A stretch of 64,000 nucleotides of DNA from Alphaproteobacteria bacterium (GTDB lineage Bacteria > Pseudomonadota > Alphaproteobacteria > SP197), in contig OZ219747.1 in the NCBI GenBank assembly GCA_964291265.2, positions 2,144,001-2,208,000 of the forward strand, read 5' to 3'. Positions 61,064 through 64,000 of this stretch are shown in pieces. The position numbers were made by a program, and so were the translations under genes. The notes beneath the pieces were generated by a model. The model worked only from the letters and a program-made list of their open reading frames with translations. It was not told where the DNA came from and did no database searches. Position 1 is the first letter of the stretch. Each line of letters begins with the position of its first letter.

Positions 61064-62443
61064 TCAGGCGAAGGGCTTGACGTCGCGCAGTGACACGACG
61101 CGAAAGCGCCAGGCGAGGAGGATGGTGGCGAGTGCGATGCCTCCCACGATCCCCCACATGAGACCCGGAACACCAAGTTCGAGGTGATGGCCGAGGAACC
61201 AGGCCAGGGGAAGCATGACCCCCCAGAACGACATCAGTCCCAGCCAGGTGGCCGGCCAGACATCGGCAGCACCTCTCAGGGCACCGACCAACACGGCCTG
61301 CAAGCCATCGAAGGCGATGAGAAGGGCAGCAACGAAGAGGCCGGTGACGATGATCGCGATGATGACGGGGTCTTCCGTATAGATCGCCGCCAGGGTTTCG
61401 GGGATGAGGGCGACAATGGCCGCCAATGGCAGCATGAGAAGGAAAATCAGGCCGGTTCCCACCCATCCGGCCGTCGCCATGGCGGCCCTGTCGCGCCGCC
61501 CCACGGCATTGCCGACACGGACCGCGGTGGCGGTCGACATGCCTATGGCCATCATGAAGCAGAAGGCGTTGACATTCATGGCAGCCTGGAAGGCCGCCAC
61601 CTGGGGGGCGCCGAGATGGCCGGCCATCATGGTGACAAACATGAAGGCTGAGGTCTCGAAGGCATAGGAGAGACCCATGGGCGTTCCGAGGCGCAGGAAC
61701 CGCCGCTCCAGGCGGCCAAAGCGCCGCAGCGGCCGGAAGAGACCGTAGGCATGCTTGTCGGCCATCAGCAGGATGTAGATGACAATGCAGCCGAACATCA
61801 GCCAGCGCGTGAGGCTCGTGGCCAGAACCGCGCCGGATGCCCCTCCGGCCTCGAAACCGAGGTTGCCGTAGATCAGAACCCAGTTGAGGAGGATGTTGGC
61901 GCCGTTGGCGATGATCATGACGATCATGCCCGGCTTGGTGCGGCCAATTCCCTCGAGAAACATCGAGCACGAGGTGAAGAGGAACACGCCAGGCATGCCC
62001 CAGGCGTACATGGCCATGACGTCGCCGCCGCCCCGCGCCAGATCGGCCTCCTGACCGAAGAGCCACAGGATGAATTCCCCGTTGAAGAGGAGGACGGCCC
62101 AGATGAGCCCCAGCGTCATCCCGTTGAGCATGGCCGTCCACAGGATGTTGCCGCAGTCCTCCCGGCGTCCCGCGCCGTCGGCCTGGGCCACCAGAATGAC
62201 GCATCCGGCCAGCAGACCGAAACCGATCACCATCATGGTGATGTGGGGGGCAAAGCCGATGGCAAGATAGGCCAGTTCGTTGCCGCCGGCGCGTCCCGTC
62301 ATGATGGTGTCCGCCGTCATCATGAGCAGCATGCCGCAGCGCATGATGATCACCGGGACCCCGAGTTTCAGGGTGCGGACGACATGGTCGGCGACGCTCT
62401 GTGGCGGTGGTCCCAGGGACGCCCGGGAGGAAGATGATGCCAT
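61064..62443 (-). CDS. MATE family efflux transporter
   Basis: DTIMTG, NILLNWVLIYG, VRVGNAVG and DGLQ...GALRG; multiple TM segments; start uncertain. Confidence 0.92.
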   Translation of the reverse strand: MASSSSRASLGPPPQSVADHVVRTLKLGVPVIIMRCGMLLMMTADTIMTGRAGGNELAYLAIGFAPHITMMVIGFGLLAGCVILVAQADGAGRREDCGNILWTAMLNGMTLGLIWAVLLFNGEFILWLFGQEADLARGGGDVMAMYAWGMPGVFLFTSCSMFLEGIGRTKPGMIVMIIANGANILLNWVLIYGNLGFEAGGASGAVLATSLTRWLMFGCIVIYILLMADKHAYGLFRPLRRFGRLERRFLRLGTPMGLSYAFETSAFMFVTMMAGHLGAPQVAAFQAAMNVNAFCFMMAIGMSTATAVRVGNAVGRRDRAAMATAGWVGTGLIFLLMLPLAAIVALIPETLAAIYTEDPVIIAIIVTGLFVAALLIAFDGLQAVLVGALRGAADVWPATWLGLMSFWGVMLPLAWFLGHHLELGVPGLMWGIVGGIALATILLAWRFRVVSLRDVKPFA

Positions 62444-62725
62444 CAATCGCGTTCCGACACCGATGCCCGACGATGATACGTGGAGCATGCGCCGGCGTCG
62501 CGATCAACGGCAGTCCGGCGCGGCGCCGTCCCCGGCACAAGATGGTGCAGCCGTCCCCGTCTGTCAAAGAACCGCCGGTGTCCGGTCCGGAGCGGACCGA
62601 CCGGCGCGCCGGACCCGCATCCTCCCCTCGCCCCTGGCCCGGCCGAATCGGAGCGGGTGCTTGTGTGGCGCTGAAGCGGCAGGGGCCATAGACTCCCCCT
62701 GCAGCCGACCACCCGAGGAGATGTC

Positions 62726-63751
62726 ATGTCCGTCTATGCAACCGGTATCACGACCGACATCGAGCTTGACCGTCCCGGCAAGCAGACGGGGCGCCTTCAC
62801 CTGCCTCACTCGGTCACGCGATCGGCCTACGGCGTCATTCCGGTTCCGGTTGCCGTGATCGCCGGTGGCGAGGGACCGACGGTACTGCTCATGGCGGGCA
62901 ATCACGGTGACGAGTACGAAGGACAGGTCGCGCTCGGCAACCTGATCCGGACCATGGATGCCGGGGAAGTCAGGGGACGCCTCATCGTACTTCCCTCGGT
63001 CAACCTGCCGGCCGCCCGCAGCGGGGTCAGGGTCTCGCCCCTCGATGGCGCCAACCTCAACCGGACCTTCCCACCCAGGCCCGAGCTTGGGCCCACCCAC
63101 GAGATCGCGGCCTATCTCGAGAATGCCCTGATGCCGATGGCGGACGTGTTTGTGGATCTCCATTCCGGTGGGGCATCGCTTGCCTACCTGCCCTTCGTCG
63201 CCACCTCCCTCGTCGGTGATGATGAGACGGACCGCAGAGCGTTGCGGTTGATGCGCGCCTTCGGTGGACCTTATGGCCAGATCTGGCATGCGGGGGAGGG
63301 ATCGCGGACAGCATCGGGCGCCGCCGTCCGCCACGGGTGCATCGACATCGGCGGCGAGTTCGGAGGGTCGGGAGTGGTTGATCCGGATCACCTGCGCCTG
63401 GTGGAGCGCGGGATCCGCAACCTGCTTGCGGCGATCGGGGTCTTGTCCGCTCACGATGGTGAAACGGCGTCCGGCATGCGGTTGATGACGAGCGGTCCGC
63501 CGGACCTCTATTCCTTCGCACCCGATTACGGGGTGTTCGTTCCCGATGTGCGGTTGGGGGACGAGGTTGACGCAGGCGACCCTGTCGGCACGATCCACAA
63601 CCTCGAGCATCCGGAACGCGAACCACAGCGGGTCCGCTTCCGGGCGCCAGGCCTGGTCATCTGCCTGAGGGCCATCGGCCGCGTCGAACCGGGAGATTGC
63701 CTTGCTCATCAGGCCGTCGATCTCGAGTTGCCGGAATCCCTGTTGTCGTGA
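62726..63751 (+). CDS. Succinylglutamate desuccinylase/aspartoacylase family deacylase (DoeB-like)
   Basis: GNHGDEYEG, NLNRTFP and DLHSGG motifs. Confidence 0.9.
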   Translation: MSVYATGITTDIELDRPGKQTGRLHLPHSVTRSAYGVIPVPVAVIAGGEGPTVLLMAGNHGDEYEGQVALGNLIRTMDAGEVRGRLIVLPSVNLPAARSGVRVSPLDGANLNRTFPPRPELGPTHEIAAYLENALMPMADVFVDLHSGGASLAYLPFVATSLVGDDETDRRALRLMRAFGGPYGQIWHAGEGSRTASGAAVRHGCIDIGGEFGGSGVVDPDHLRLVERGIRNLLAAIGVLSAHDGETASGMRLMTSGPPDLYSFAPDYGVFVPDVRLGDEVDAGDPVGTIHNLEHPEREPQRVRFRAPGLVICLRAIGRVEPGDCLAHQAVDLELPESLLS

Positions 63752-63811
63752 ACCGGCTTCGGGTTGACTGCCGTACCCCGGACAACAGGAGGGTCAGGTC
63801 AGTCCCACGCT

Positions 63812-64000
63812 GGATTCCGTCCACCACCGCACCGAACCCCGGGTCCGCGCCCACGTCTTCCTGTGCATGCTCGCCACTTGCATCGAGTGGCACATGCGCT
63901 GAGAAACCGAAGCCCATGCTGTTCGACGATGAGGATGCCGAAGGCGCCGAGGCCCGGCGGCCGTTCGTCGTGAGGCCGGCAGAAGTCTCGGCAATTGCCC
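63812..64000 (+). pseudogene. IS1634-type transposase C-terminal fragment
   Basis: VHHRTEPRVRAHVFLCMLATCIEWHMR-stop, then KPMLFDDED; runs off the window. Confidence 0.65.

Noticed and set aside
1-64000. tRNA or rRNA genes
   Set aside because: No cloverleaf or rRNA signatures noticed in intergenic regions; a covariance-model scan would be needed to exclude them.

Overview
High-GC bacterial chromosomal window, most likely alphaproteobacterial (pckA divergent from chvI-chvG, glcDEF, type-B rpmJ, polA, frmA/fghA), with much mobile DNA and many pseudogenes. The first ~19 kb is a mobilisation region. A MOBF/TrwC-type relaxase-helicase (~2,630 aa when restored, with ~375-aa tandem repeats) is split by a 5.3-kb IS21-type transposon (2121-7440, AACGAA target duplication). 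That transposon carries a Cys-rich ORF, istA, istB, a Toprim-domain gene and a small ORF. Next come three coupled RHH/MobC-like genes, a 754-aa transposase element and an orphan copy of the IS21 right end (18837-18881). The middle holds hydantoinase B plus a decayed paralog, a DadA-like oxidoreductase, a Gre-family factor, a dnaE2 pseudogene, an RTX-repeat protein, housekeeping genes and a MORN-like repeat protein. At 50-56 kb a glutamine-synthetase-family gene is split by a second copy of the 754-aa IS, which is itself split by an IS4/IS50-type element whose transposase has an N-terminal DruA/DUF4338-like domain. The most interesting candidates are the Toprim-carrying IS21 transposon, the giant repeat-extended relaxase module and the DruA-transposase fusion. 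All family calls are from motif recognition by eye; no database searches were run.
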